Virus record (IMG/VR): IMGVR_UViG_3300025647_000165
Coordinates: 1 to 31,468 of that record
Direction: 5' to 3' (one strand)
DNA from: a virus
Taxonomy: Duplodnaviria; Caudoviricetes
DNA length: 31,468 nt
The notes below the pieces were generated by a model. The model saw nothing but the letters and a program-made list of their open reading frames with translations. It ran no database searches and was not told the DNA's origin. A program made the position numbers and the translations under genes. Numbering within the stretch: the first letter of the stretch is position 1; each line of letters begins with the position of its first letter. Below are positions 17,606-26,609 of the stretch, piece after piece.

Positions 17606-18591
17606 CGGTGACCAATAAGTTCAAAGTAGGCCTTGTCCCCGTTGCCTGCTGCATATCCACTACGCATCACCCATCTCAACTTAATGATCCCACTCTCAAG
17701 CCTTGGCACTTTAATCAATGATCGAGAAAATTCAGTGCGATCTACCGCGCTGACTTGATGACTCCATTTCGTGATCAGTGGAATATACTTTGTTCCATCG
17801 AAGACCCCGAGAGAAACGTGGCTTCCCTCTACGGGGAGCAGTTCGACAGAGATCAAAAGCTCGTTAACCTCTGTGTCGAAGTCGCTGATCCCGGAAGAGT
17901 ATGCTGCGTTGATAGCGACAGAATTGATACTGAAGTCAGAATAAAATCCATCGTTCAGGCCAGATGCGCCTCCACCTACAATAGCAGTGGTGTAATCGAT
18001 CCCGCTAAGTCTCCAGTCAGACCAAATCGATGATTGAGATGTCGTTGGGGGACTTGCAGCAATTACAACACCATCACTTGACCAAGTTGATGAAGTTGAG
18101 AATGTGCTTTTACCAACGGTGTCATGCAGCTTGTATGAGTTGCTTGTCTGCGACTGCCATGAAGCGACTCCGCCAGAAGCGACAATGATCTGATTGTCTA
18201 GGCCAGCGGATATTTGATCGACTGTAATCGTCCCAACGCCCGCCTGAGCTGACCACTCTGGGTTCGCTCCAGCCCCTTTAGTCTTCAGGAACTGTCCGTC
18301 AGTCCCCGGCGATAGCTTCACGAGATCGCCGTCTGCATTATAATACAATAGCTGACCATGAGTCCCCGCCTCTAGCTTTGTCAGGCTGAGATTGTGATCA
18401 TTGATCTTGCTGTTTATGTTGATCCCCTGCTCGAGTTTGACAGTAGTCACAGATCCGTCTGCTATCTGCGAGGAGTTAACAGAACCCTCCAAGGTGATGG
18501 CAGGGGCTCCAAGCAGGTTAAGCTTCGGGTATGTGATCTTCTCGCCTTCAGAGAAGGTGTATCCTTTTCCAACTACAACTGAGAGTGCCAT
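17602..18591 (-). CDS. tail fibre/tail-associated structural protein
   Basis: N-terminal GYTF..ITYPKLN adaptor-type motif, IADGSVTTVKL and GTDGQFLKT..ANPEW fibre repeats. Ser/Gly-rich. Confidence 0.65.
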   Translation of the reverse strand: MALSVVVGKGYTFSEGEKITYPKLNLLGAPAITLEGSVNSSQIADGSVTTVKLEQGININSKINDHNLSLTKLEAGTHGQLLYYNADGDLVKLSPGTDGQFLKTKGAGANPEWSAQAGVGTITVDQISAGLDNQIIVASGGVASWQSQTSNSYKLHDTVGKSTFSTSSTWSSDGVVIAASPPTTSQSSIWSDWRLSGIDYTTAIVGGGASGLNDGFYSDFSINSVAINAAYSSGISDFDTEVNELLISVELLPVEGSHVSLGVFDGTKYIPLITKWSHQVSAVDRTEFSRSLIKVPRLESGIIKLRWVMRSGYAAGNGDKAYFELIGHR

Positions 18592-18595
18592 AATG

Positions 18596-19630
18596 TTATG
18601 CGGTGATGATTCTGTGGCCAGATGCCGACATGTAGAATTTGAGTGGTGTATAATTCACCCCAGCAACAGATGTGAGTGTTGACTGTTTGACTGCCACATA
18701 AACGTAGTCATTTGTGTCCAACTCCACGTGCCCAATAAGTGAGATGTTTTTATTGTGCCCGTTGCTAGGGTGATGATGTATCTGCTCGGTCGCTGTGATT
18801 TGAGAATTTGTCCCCGCATCACTATCATGCTTAAACAGGCTGGCCAACACGCTCACATTGGACCCGTCTGTTGATCCTGAAAGCGAAACTTGAATCTCGG
18901 CATCGATGGCTATGTCACCCGTATATCGGAGTTGACCGTTGGATGGCATGTCGAACTCAGTCATGTTTGACTGAGTGGCAGTTGTCACCGAAAGTGCTGC
19001 ATAAGGATCGCCGCTATTGACTGGTGTTACTGACCCGGAAGATGCAGCGATAGCCCCGAATGGATTGACATCGTGCTCGGTGACGTGCTGTGGATACCAG
19101 TTACCCGCTGTGTCGCTCACGATCGTCAACGTCTCGCCAGCACTAACTCGGACATCACCAAGCCCAGCAGGGCCCCAGCTTGAGCTCTGAATTGTTATGA
19201 AGCTCGATGTGGCGTTGATTATGTTTTTGACGGTGATGTATCCAGAGGCAGGAACAGGCAGCGTGAACGGACTGCTTGCGCTGCTTATTATGTTGTACAG
19301 CTTCGTGTCGGACACAGTGTTGCTGCTGGTGTCATTAAAGGATTGTCGGAAAGTGTGAGGCTCGTTAAGAGAAATCTCCGGGTTGGCCGATCCGTCTCCG
19401 TTGGCTACTGTCAGCCCAGTCGCTCCGACAATAGACCTGACACTAGCGTTCCCGCTTCCGTCGATTGACAGAAGCCCAGCCGTTCCACTGAGCTCGTCAA
19501 TGGATCTGATGGTTCCCTCAGCATAGTTTAGCTGCTCCAGTGCGGTTATGAATTCTGTTCTGGTAGTAGTCGTCGATGAGACTGGCCCGTTGACTGCGTC
19601 TACTACAAAGTTTGGTGTGTTGTCTGGCAT
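18596..19630 (-). CDS. structural protein (fibre/spike-like)
   Basis: Likely start MPDNTPN at 19630. GLTVANGDG..NPEI fibre motif and Ser/Thr-rich beta-type C-terminal domain. Confidence 0.6.
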   Translation of the reverse strand: MPDNTPNFVVDAVNGPVSSTTTTRTEFITALEQLNYAEGTIRSIDELSGTAGLLSIDGSGNASVRSIVGATGLTVANGDGSANPEISLNEPHTFRQSFNDTSSNTVSDTKLYNIISSASSPFTLPVPASGYITVKNIINATSSFITIQSSSWGPAGLGDVRVSAGETLTIVSDTAGNWYPQHVTEHDVNPFGAIAASSGSVTPVNSGDPYAALSVTTATQSNMTEFDMPSNGQLRYTGDIAIDAEIQVSLSGSTDGSNVSVLASLFKHDSDAGTNSQITATEQIHHHPSNGHNKNISLIGHVELDTNDYVYVAVKQSTLTSVAGVNYTPLKFYMSASGHRIITA

Positions 19631-19631
19631 A

Positions 19632-21857
19632 TTACCAAAATCCTGAATGTGTTCCTTCTCGTCTCTGACCAACAGTCGAACCAGAGGTCACGCTATGAAG
19701 CCTGACTCTGCCATTGATCCCTTCAATCTTGACCTGAAAATAGGCTCCCCTTCGGTCTACCCGCAGCTTGTGAGTCCAATACTGGTACAAGTCAAGCTGT
19801 GTCCCAGAAGAACCAAGGACAGTCCCCGGGTCCGCACTGTCACTGTCCAGAATGACCGAGTAGTCCTCGCGGCCCGGGTTCTCGTGAGTGTCGTCGAGGT
19901 TTTGAATGTTCCAGTCACTGATCCCAAAAGTCATGTATTTGGTGCGGTCAGGAAATGTGTAGCTTGTGTTGTCCACAATAACTGTTTCCTCCTTCACTCC
20001 ATCCACGATCCCCGTGACCTTGTATTCCGGGTCCCAAGTGCTGATGAACATCTGGGCTTGCTGGAATCTTCGTCGATTGCCTGCCTCGAAACCATAACCA
20101 CGAGTCTTGATCAGGAATGCTATGGGTCGGTCTTCAACTTCGATGTTGTCCGAGCACAGCACTTGGAGGTATGGATCACTGTTCCCATCAGGGTCTCTGA
20201 CGCTGATCAGGATCGGTGATCCGCTCACGAAGCGAATGCCACAGCCATTGTCTGAATCCGTTGTGTCACCACTATTCCAACCGTCATCTGTGTAGCCAGA
20301 GAAAAGGTTGGCCCCAGCGATCTCGCAGTGATCAGCCTGTTGTTCGTCTCCGACACCCCAAAGCCATCCGCTCTCTGGGTCATTTGTGTTGACCGTGAGC
20401 GGCTCGACTATGTTGAGCCCGCCGTCGATTATCTCCGTATCATTGTCGTCAACCAGTTCCCTGCGTCGAGTGGCCGTGATAGTTGTTCCATCGTTCACCT
20501 GAACCGTTGTTCCATCACTCACGTGACCCTTGACCATCAGGTCGCATGTGTAGGTCCCCTGAACAATAGGTCTGCCCTCCAACTCTCCATACTCATACAG
20601 CCCAACTACACCATCGTAGTCCACGTAGTAGAGGTGCTCGGCCCCCTGAAAGTCGGCCACAAAAAAGTGTTTGATCTTGATTGCATCACCCTGATCGTAT
20701 CCAGCCCACGCTCCATTTATAAAATCGTAAACAAGGACAGCATTGTTCTGCTTGCCTCCGTCGATCGGGACAGACAGATAATATCTGTTCCGCCAGTAGG
20801 CCGCTGATGCCGTGTCTTTGGCTACACTGAAGTCGATCCGGTCAATGATTGGCTGCACAGGTGTGCTCTGTGGTTCTGAGACGCCCTGCAGCTTGTTTTG
20901 TTCCGTCAGTGCAAGGCTGACCACTCCCCGTTGCGAAAGGAACCACAGATCGCTTCCTGCGCTTGCGACCGATCTCGCACCCACAATGCCATACTCAGTT
21001 GTGACCTGATCAAGGACTGCGTTATTCTCCCAATCGCCAACAAGGTTTGACACAGTGTAGATACTGGTGTCTTTAAATATGACAACAGTCTGGTCGTTCC
21101 ACTTATACAGGCGGCGAATGTTATCCGAGTCACCCTGATTTATTTTAAAATTATTGAACACGTCATAGTCTGTGTATGACAGGATGTCTGACACAGCGAC
21201 ATGATCTGACTTATACCCACCAGAAGGTTTGTGAGGCACTAACAAGCGATTCTGGAAGAACAGTGTTGAGCTTGAATTCGGGATGTTGTTCAGGCCACTC
21301 GCTGAAGGAGGAGCCTCCACAAACCCTTCATCGATGGACGACATGATGAGCTGAGACTCATCAGGGCCACGCGATAGAATGACTTTGTCGAATGCCTGCG
21401 TGAACCAATACTTGCTTTGGTATGTGTTGGCGGGAGATGATAGCTGAACGCTGCATGGTAGTGGGGCTAGGTTGTTGCCGTATCGGGCTCTGTATATCTT
21501 TGGTGCATCCCCCTCGACGCTGGCCACGATCAGAATCCAGTCGGCCCCGTTTGGATCATTCCAGACTCCAATTCCGTAAACATTCCCGAGGTTAGCGCTG
21601 ATCTGTCTGCCCCAGTTGATGTCGCCACCATCCCAGTTTATCGGCCACTCAAAGCCATATCGATTGAACCACGCCAAAGGCATGACGCCTCGTCTGGGCT
21701 CTGCCACACCGTATCTAAACCTAGCGTTGATCGCCTCAGAAACCATGCCCGGGGGAAGCATGTGAGGCTGCTGCCTCATGTCTACACCCACGAAACCATT
21801 GTCGCCCGCCGTGATAGGCTGGTCATCGTTCTGCGTGTAGTTTCTGTGCTCTCTCAT
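19632..21857 (-). CDS. tail nozzle / tail tubular protein B-like (P22 gp10/T7 gp12 positional analogue)
   Basis: 741-aa beta-rich protein with FQNRL, IFKDTSIY, WFLSQRGV and RYYLSVP..N..VLVYDF..W blade-like motifs. Confidence 0.7.
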   Translation of the reverse strand: MREHRNYTQNDDQPITAGDNGFVGVDMRQQPHMLPPGMVSEAINARFRYGVAEPRRGVMPLAWFNRYGFEWPINWDGGDINWGRQISANLGNVYGIGVWNDPNGADWILIVASVEGDAPKIYRARYGNNLAPLPCSVQLSSPANTYQSKYWFTQAFDKVILSRGPDESQLIMSSIDEGFVEAPPSASGLNNIPNSSSTLFFQNRLLVPHKPSGGYKSDHVAVSDILSYTDYDVFNNFKINQGDSDNIRRLYKWNDQTVVIFKDTSIYTVSNLVGDWENNAVLDQVTTEYGIVGARSVASAGSDLWFLSQRGVVSLALTEQNKLQGVSEPQSTPVQPIIDRIDFSVAKDTASAAYWRNRYYLSVPIDGGKQNNAVLVYDFINGAWAGYDQGDAIKIKHFFVADFQGAEHLYYVDYDGVVGLYEYGELEGRPIVQGTYTCDLMVKGHVSDGTTVQVNDGTTITATRRRELVDDNDTEIIDGGLNIVEPLTVNTNDPESGWLWGVGDEQQADHCEIAGANLFSGYTDDGWNSGDTTDSDNGCGIRFVSGSPILISVRDPDGNSDPYLQVLCSDNIEVEDRPIAFLIKTRGYGFEAGNRRRFQQAQMFISTWDPEYKVTGIVDGVKEETVIVDNTSYTFPDRTKYMTFGISDWNIQNLDDTHENPGREDYSVILDSDSADPGTVLGSSGTQLDLYQYWTHKLRVDRRGAYFQVKIEGINGRVRLHSVTSGSTVGQRREGTHSGFW

Positions 21858-22885
21858 TGATAAAATCCGATCTTGCTCAGGAGCGCATCGAGAATCTTGT
21901 TGCTGTTTGCCCAGCTAAATCTCATACCCCTCTCTGAAGCCTTAATAGCCTTCTCGATTCCGCCACTGTTATACACCTCTCTCATCCTGCTGACTAGACT
22001 GTCCGGATCAGGGACAGCCCATAGGCCGCCGTTAGCATAATGAGCCTCAGCCTGCCTCAGCTTGTAGTCCACCGGGTAGCCAACAGTCTCATCGAAAAAC
22101 TCTGTTATACCACCGAATGGAACAGCGATCACTGGTCTGCCAGTCGCCATCGCTTCGTGCTGCATTAGACCCCAACCTTCGCCCTTGCTCGCGCTGACAA
22201 AGCAGTCAAGACTGGCATACCAGTCAGACAGATCACGCCTCGTCCAAAACTGTCTCAAGACCTGTATGCGATCATCGTCAACCTCCAGATCCGGATCGTC
22301 AGGGAAGCATTTAACAACCAGCCTGACATCCTTGACTCGCTTCGGGAAAGCCTTCTTCCATGCACTCAGAACGTCTTCAAATCCCTTCCTGCAGCCACCT
22401 GCTGCAGTCCTGCCCGCTGCTCCAAAAACAAACTCGGATCTCTTCTGTTTTGGCCTGTAGTGAAACACATCAGTGTCGACCCCCATGGGCACTTTTGCCA
22501 TCGTCCTCTTCACACCCTGAGCATTGAACAGGCACAAATTGAAGTCACTTGGAACAACAATTAGATCAGCCTGATTCAGATTTAGAACCGCCTCTTTATG
22601 AAGCTGGGTGGTTTCCCACATAGTATTATAGACCACCCGCTTCTTACCTGACAGACCATAGGACGGGCAGTGTATAATCATCTCCCAGTCCTCTCGCTGC
22701 TCTTTATGCACAATAGACTCCAACACCACTCTTGGGATCGGAGCCTTGCCTCTCTCGCTGCTGACGGGCCAGCAGTTAATGTCGCGGCCCAACTCTGTCA
22801 GACCCTCTATGACGCGAATGAGATGCAGCGAGTAGCTGCTATACCCATCCACCACGCCTCGTATCACACCTCGATTAGACCTCAT
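21854..22885 (-). CDS. GT-B glycosyltransferase (GT4-like)
   Basis: TMWET, VPSDFN, GVDTDVF, RKG and SKGEGWGLMQHEAMATGRPVI (E-x7-E motif). Confidence 0.9.
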   Translation of the reverse strand: MRSNRGVIRGVVDGYSSYSLHLIRVIEGLTELGRDINCWPVSSERGKAPIPRVVLESIVHKEQREDWEMIIHCPSYGLSGKKRVVYNTMWETTQLHKEAVLNLNQADLIVVPSDFNLCLFNAQGVKRTMAKVPMGVDTDVFHYRPKQKRSEFVFGAAGRTAAGGCRKGFEDVLSAWKKAFPKRVKDVRLVVKCFPDDPDLEVDDDRIQVLRQFWTRRDLSDWYASLDCFVSASKGEGWGLMQHEAMATGRPVIAVPFGGITEFFDETVGYPVDYKLRQAEAHYANGGLWAVPDPDSLVSRMREVYNSGGIEKAIKASERGMRFSWANSNKILDALLSKIGFYQ

Positions 22886-22905
22886 CCAGTCATTATAGAA
22901 TTCGC

Positions 22906-23352
22906 TCAGATCCTGTTAAGAATATTTTCGATAATGTTTTTGGTGCCAGAGGTTCTTTGTTCACGTATGACCGACTCCTTCACGCTCTGAGCCTTCGTAG
23001 CATCGAGCTGCTTGAGCTCCCGTTTGAAGGTCTGGGCAGCGGACACACCGCTGACTGCTGCCTTCTTCCATTGTCTTCCGCGCAGATGCGCTCCTACCCC
23101 GAGAGCTGCGATCAGAGCGTTGGCTGCTAGCCCTGCCCATGGAAACGGGGCAACATCCCCGGCTACCTGTATGCCTCCCCTGATCGAAGGGTTCAACACC
23201 CAGCCGTTTGTCGAGACGACAGGGTAGTTGCCGCTTGGTGTAGCGACGATGTTGGTAGTCACAATTGGATCGTAGATAGCATTGCCCAGCGAGTCGAGCT
23301 GCTTGCACCCAGTCACTAGGACAATCAAGACTGCAACAGATAGCGGTTTCAT
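22906..23352 (-). CDS. lipoprotein with internal transmembrane helix (spanin-like candidate)
   Basis: Start MKPLSVAVLIVLVTG-C (lipobox) at 23352. Hydrophobic helix WAGLAANALIAALGVGAHL followed by basic residues. Confidence 0.6.
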   Translation of the reverse strand: MKPLSVAVLIVLVTGCKQLDSLGNAIYDPIVTTNIVATPSGNYPVVSTNGWVLNPSIRGGIQVAGDVAPFPWAGLAANALIAALGVGAHLRGRQWKKAAVSGVSAAQTFKRELKQLDATKAQSVKESVIREQRTSGTKNIIENILNRI

Positions 23353-23498
23353 TTTGCGAGTAGCTGTCGGATTTTGAGACTGATGTAGATCAAAGAGGCC
23401 ACACTGATCGCGAGCTGCAAGACTACGTCGATGTTGACGGCCCAATTGAGCAATCCAGCAACGGCTGCAAATCCCACTTTCAGATCATCGAAGTTCAC
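23349..23498 (-). CDS. small membrane protein, holin-like (49 aa, not in ORF track)
   Basis: GTG start overlapping the upstream TGA. MNFDDLKVGFAAVAGLLNWAVNIDVVLQLAISVASLIYISLKIRQLLAK. Stop overlaps the lipoprotein ATG. Confidence 0.65.
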   Translation of the reverse strand: MNFDDLKVGFAAVAGLLNWAVNIDVVLQLAISVASLIYISLKIRQLLAK

Positions 23499-23593
23499 TT
23501 CTTACCCTTGCGTTTTTGTTTGGCGCGAGCCTTTTTCGCAGCAGCTTTCCCTGCTTTCGTATACGGATAATGTTTAGATCCGACCTTCGGCAT
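23495..23593 (-). CDS. small Lys-rich basic protein (32 aa, not in ORF track)
   Basis: MPKVGSKHYPYTKAGKAAAKKARAKQKRKGKK fills the gap exactly between its neighbours. Confidence 0.7.
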   Translation of the reverse strand: MPKVGSKHYPYTKAGKAAAKKARAKQKRKGKK

Positions 23594-23597
23594 AATC

Positions 23598-23870
23598 TTA
23601 CCATTTCACTTTGTCTGCCCAAAAGGCAGCACTCATTTTTCCTTTTGAAATATTCTTAGCGTGACGCGCTTTGAACGACTTTCGACGCGCTTTTTCGCTT
23701 GCAGTCTTTGGCGACTTCCCAGCCCCAGACACACCCTGCTGACCGAAGCGAATAAGTTTGACTTGATCACCCGACTTGGCCAGCACTGCGTGTGACTTCT
23801 TCGGGTGAGATGGAGTTCGTTTGGGCTTGTTATAGCCCTTAAACTTTTCGCCGGATCGCTCGACAGTCAT
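23598..23870 (-). CDS. basic conserved phage protein
   Basis: KLIRFGQQG...RRKSFKARH...SAAFWA..KW pattern, which I recognise from environmental phages. Function unknown. Confidence 0.8.
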   Translation of the reverse strand: MTVERSGEKFKGYNKPKRTPSHPKKSHAVLAKSGDQVKLIRFGQQGVSGAGKSPKTASEKARRKSFKARHAKNISKGKMSAAFWADKVKW

Positions 23871-23873
23871 ATG

Positions 23874-24212
23874 CTATTCGACTATTGCAGGCTCATCGGC
23901 TGGTGCAGCACCATCGGCAGGTGCTGGCTCATCGGCTGGCACAACAGCAGCGTCAAATCCCGCCAGAATATCATCGACCGAATCCATCGCGATTTGGTTG
24001 GCAGCGTTGTATGCATTGACAGCGGCGACAACCTGCGTGAGCAGTGCCTCGGTGTTGGCACGGTTAACTGGTTCCGACAATTCCTCCCGAGCTGCCAGCA
24101 GAGACTTAGCTTTGCCGAGCAGTTGAATGATGGTGCTTTTGCCGTTATCAGCTGCGAGCTGTGAGTCAATGCCAGCGATTTGGCTTCGTAAGTATGTGAT
24201 TTTTGGGTCCAT
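23874..24212 (-). CDS. hypothetical Ala-rich helical protein with PADEPA repeats
   Basis: 112-aa ORF in operon with a C-terminal low-complexity repeat. Confidence 0.7.
   Translation of the reverse strand: MDPKITYLRSQIAGIDSQLAADNGKSTIIQLLGKAKSLLAAREELSEPVNRANTEALLTQVVAAVNAYNAANQIAMDSVDDILAGFDAAVVPADEPAPADGAAPADEPAIVE
23886..23939. repeat. 3 x 18-bp imperfect tandem repeat
   Basis: TGCAGGCTCATCGGCTGG / TGCAGCACCATCGGCAGG / TGCTGGCTCATCGGCTGG. Confidence 0.85.
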
Positions 24213-24233
24213 AGTATGTTTCTAAATTATATA

Positions 24234-26150
24234 TTAAACGACAGTCAAAACACCGCTATTACTCCACACCTCACCAGCACTCAATCCTGCGGATGATGTT
24301 GGTAGGTTTTTCAAGTCGATTGTGTCGGCTGAGATGTGCCTTTGATTTCCGGTTAGTGTGACTGATGTTCCGACGCCAACGAAATTATTCGAGCTTCTGT
24401 CCAGTAGTTTGCTCGCTGATTCGTTGTAGTCCTCGCTGCGGAAGTCTGCGAGTGTTCCGATTTGGGTAACTGACACATTGTCAATTGTTCCCGCCCAACC
24501 TGAAGTAGCTCTAAAATAGATATTTCCGTTTTCAGGTGCTATAAACTCTCCCACAAGTTTTCCGCTCGCATCCGAGGAATTGATAGCGATGTTCACAAAT
24601 GACCCATCGAAGTATTCAGCGACAATGCTACCGCTCCCGCTCGTCCTCACAAAATCAGCAGTAAGTCTGTGGCGTTTGCCAACTATGCTAACTGGTGTCG
24701 CTGCGTATAAATAATCGGAGGCAACACCTGTTGTAGTAGCAACCCCTGACCCTATACTCCAATCCGATTGAGCCACCCAATTTGCCCCACTCGCGAAATC
24801 ACCATTAGTCACTAATTCAGTGTCATTTGCCCACTCATCTGCAAATCCCAAATCATTGCCGCGAGCAAGCTCGGCGATTTCGGTGGCCGTGAGAGAACGA
24901 TTGAAAATTTTGACGCCTCGGATTTGGCCTTTTGAATAGGTGGTGGACTGGAGACCAATTCGCACAGGCTGCGAGGTATTGGACATGCCGAGGTAGGTGC
25001 CAAAATACACCGCCGCATCAAGACTTAGTGGTTGTCCGTTTAGATACAAAACCACACCGTCCATTGACGATGAAAATGAGTTTGACGAATTCGGCCCCGC
25101 ACCCTGATAAACCCACACCAGATGTATCCAACTGCCTTCATAGGAGGTTAGCGTGGTGGTAGACTCTCTGTATGCGTAATTCCCCGCAGTATCTTGAACG
25201 TATAAACGCAATTTATCAGCGGCCGACACCGACGCAACCCACTCTCTCAAGGAAGCGGTTGTCCCTATTTTTGATATGGGCGTAAAATTGCTGGCGTCCG
25301 TCATTTTTACAAATGCCGAAACAGCGAAGGGCAAATCGTCACAGTCCTTAACTCGCCATACAGAACCGTCATAGTAAACAACCTGACCAGCGGTCACGGA
25401 TGCCCCGTTAATAATGCTGAGAGTGGAGCCACCCTGCACCACGGTTCCGTCAGCATCAATTTTGTAGTGCTGGTTCAGTGTTCCGGTTCCATCAGTTAAG
25501 GCTGGAGTGTTGTCCTCTGGTGACCACAACGTGGTCTCTGTTGTTGTTCCAAACTCAGTCAGGGTAGAAAATGTCAGCTTGTCATCATCTGCCACCGTAA
25601 TCAGTGAAGATGTCCCGTTAAAATACAAAGCAGGTGCCGTGGTCTTCAACGCATTAGCCTGTGCGTCCTCGTCTTTGGAGTTGACTGAGAGAGTTGATCG
25701 GCCATCGGCTGCTGTTGCTGATCCGTCCAGAATGTTGGCGACAGAATCAATCTTGAACCAAGTTGATCCGTTGTATTTCACCACGTCACCAACGGTGAAA
25801 GTGATAGAACCAGACCCGAGGTTTTGAGTGCCAGCAGTGGTCACATCGTAATAATCCCCGGCCACACCAGACCCGTCTGCCAAGGCAGGTGAGTTACTGC
25901 TGGCATTCCACTCCCCTTTTGGCGTGTCACCGGAGGTGGGCAGGTAGGTGGCGTCAATTTTGTTGACCCCATTGAGCGGGGCTAATTTGTAAGTGGAAGG
26001 AGCCGCTACGAAAGCGTCTGCGGTGTCTTGACGGAAGTTATCACGGGTGATTTTCTGGGTCCCGTTAGAAGATCCGTCTATAACTATGTTTGCGTCACTC
26101 GCGACAGTTGTTGCTGTTTTTGAGAGGTCTTTAATTCTTGTGGTGGCCAT
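24234..26150 (-). CDS. tail fibre/receptor-binding protein with LamG (concanavalin A-like) domain
   Basis: LYFNG, AVSAFVK, WIHLVWVY, LYLNG and GQIRGVKIFNRSLTATEI LamG motifs. ELVTNGDF CBM-like module and LPTSSAGLSAGEVW C-terminal motif. Confidence 0.8.
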   Translation of the reverse strand: MATTRIKDLSKTATTVASDANIVIDGSSNGTQKITRDNFRQDTADAFVAAPSTYKLAPLNGVNKIDATYLPTSGDTPKGEWNASSNSPALADGSGVAGDYYDVTTAGTQNLGSGSITFTVGDVVKYNGSTWFKIDSVANILDGSATAADGRSTLSVNSKDEDAQANALKTTAPALYFNGTSSLITVADDDKLTFSTLTEFGTTTETTLWSPEDNTPALTDGTGTLNQHYKIDADGTVVQGGSTLSIINGASVTAGQVVYYDGSVWRVKDCDDLPFAVSAFVKMTDASNFTPISKIGTTASLREWVASVSAADKLRLYVQDTAGNYAYRESTTTLTSYEGSWIHLVWVYQGAGPNSSNSFSSSMDGVVLYLNGQPLSLDAAVYFGTYLGMSNTSQPVRIGLQSTTYSKGQIRGVKIFNRSLTATEIAELARGNDLGFADEWANDTELVTNGDFASGANWVAQSDWSIGSGVATTTGVASDYLYAATPVSIVGKRHRLTADFVRTSGSGSIVAEYFDGSFVNIAINSSDASGKLVGEFIAPENGNIYFRATSGWAGTIDNVSVTQIGTLADFRSEDYNESASKLLDRSSNNFVGVGTSVTLTGNQRHISADTIDLKNLPTSSAGLSAGEVWSNSGVLTVV

Positions 26151-26152
26151 AT

Positions 26153-26314
26153 TTATTCAGGGTCAGGGGCTTCAAGCTGAAGCGTTAAAATGTATTCATT
26201 ATCGTCTGTGAACAGGAAGCTGCCACTGTCATCGACAAGCAGTGTCGCTTCGGTGACATTGTCGCCGCCTGCGGTGACAACTGTTGGTAAACCTATACCG
26301 AATCCAATCATCAT
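26153..26314 (-). CDS. small hypothetical structural protein
   Basis: Likely start MMIGFGIGL at 26314 (ATGA overlap). 53 aa, acidic. Confidence 0.6.
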   Translation of the reverse strand: MMIGFGIGLPTVVTAGGDNVTEATLLVDDSGSFLFTDDNEYILTLQLEAPDPE

Positions 26315-26607
26315 ACATCGTATGCTGTGATTTCCCCAGTTGTCACTGTGATCGACGATGCTCTGCAGCAACGCCAGTAGGACCCGGCCTGCATGTTCAC
26401 GTTCGTGATTGTGCCTAGACCGCCCGAAGCAACACTCCCAAGAACTGTCGCTACGTGAGCGTATATCCAGCTAAAGTTGCCAACAATTGTTCCCGCTCCG
26501 TTTTGGTATGTTCCGCTGTCAGACCCTAAGGTCCCGTCTTCACCTACACGCACCGTGCGGTATTCATTGTTCTGGTCTACGCCAGTGATTAAAGATGCTC
26601 CTGCCAT
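26311..26607 (-). CDS. hypothetical structural protein
   Basis: 98 aa, Gly/Thr-rich beta-type, ending SITVTTGEITAY. In operon. Confidence 0.7.
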   Translation of the reverse strand: MAGASLITGVDQNNEYRTVRVGEDGTLGSDSGTYQNGAGTIVGNFSWIYAHVATVLGSVASGGLGTITNVNMQAGSYWRCCRASSITVTTGEITAYDV

Positions 26608-26609
26608 AA

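Noticed and set aside
23353-23445. ORF-track extension of the lipoprotein (MGRQHRRS...)
   Set aside because: It overlaps the holin-like ORF, and the signal peptide begins at MKPL (23352).
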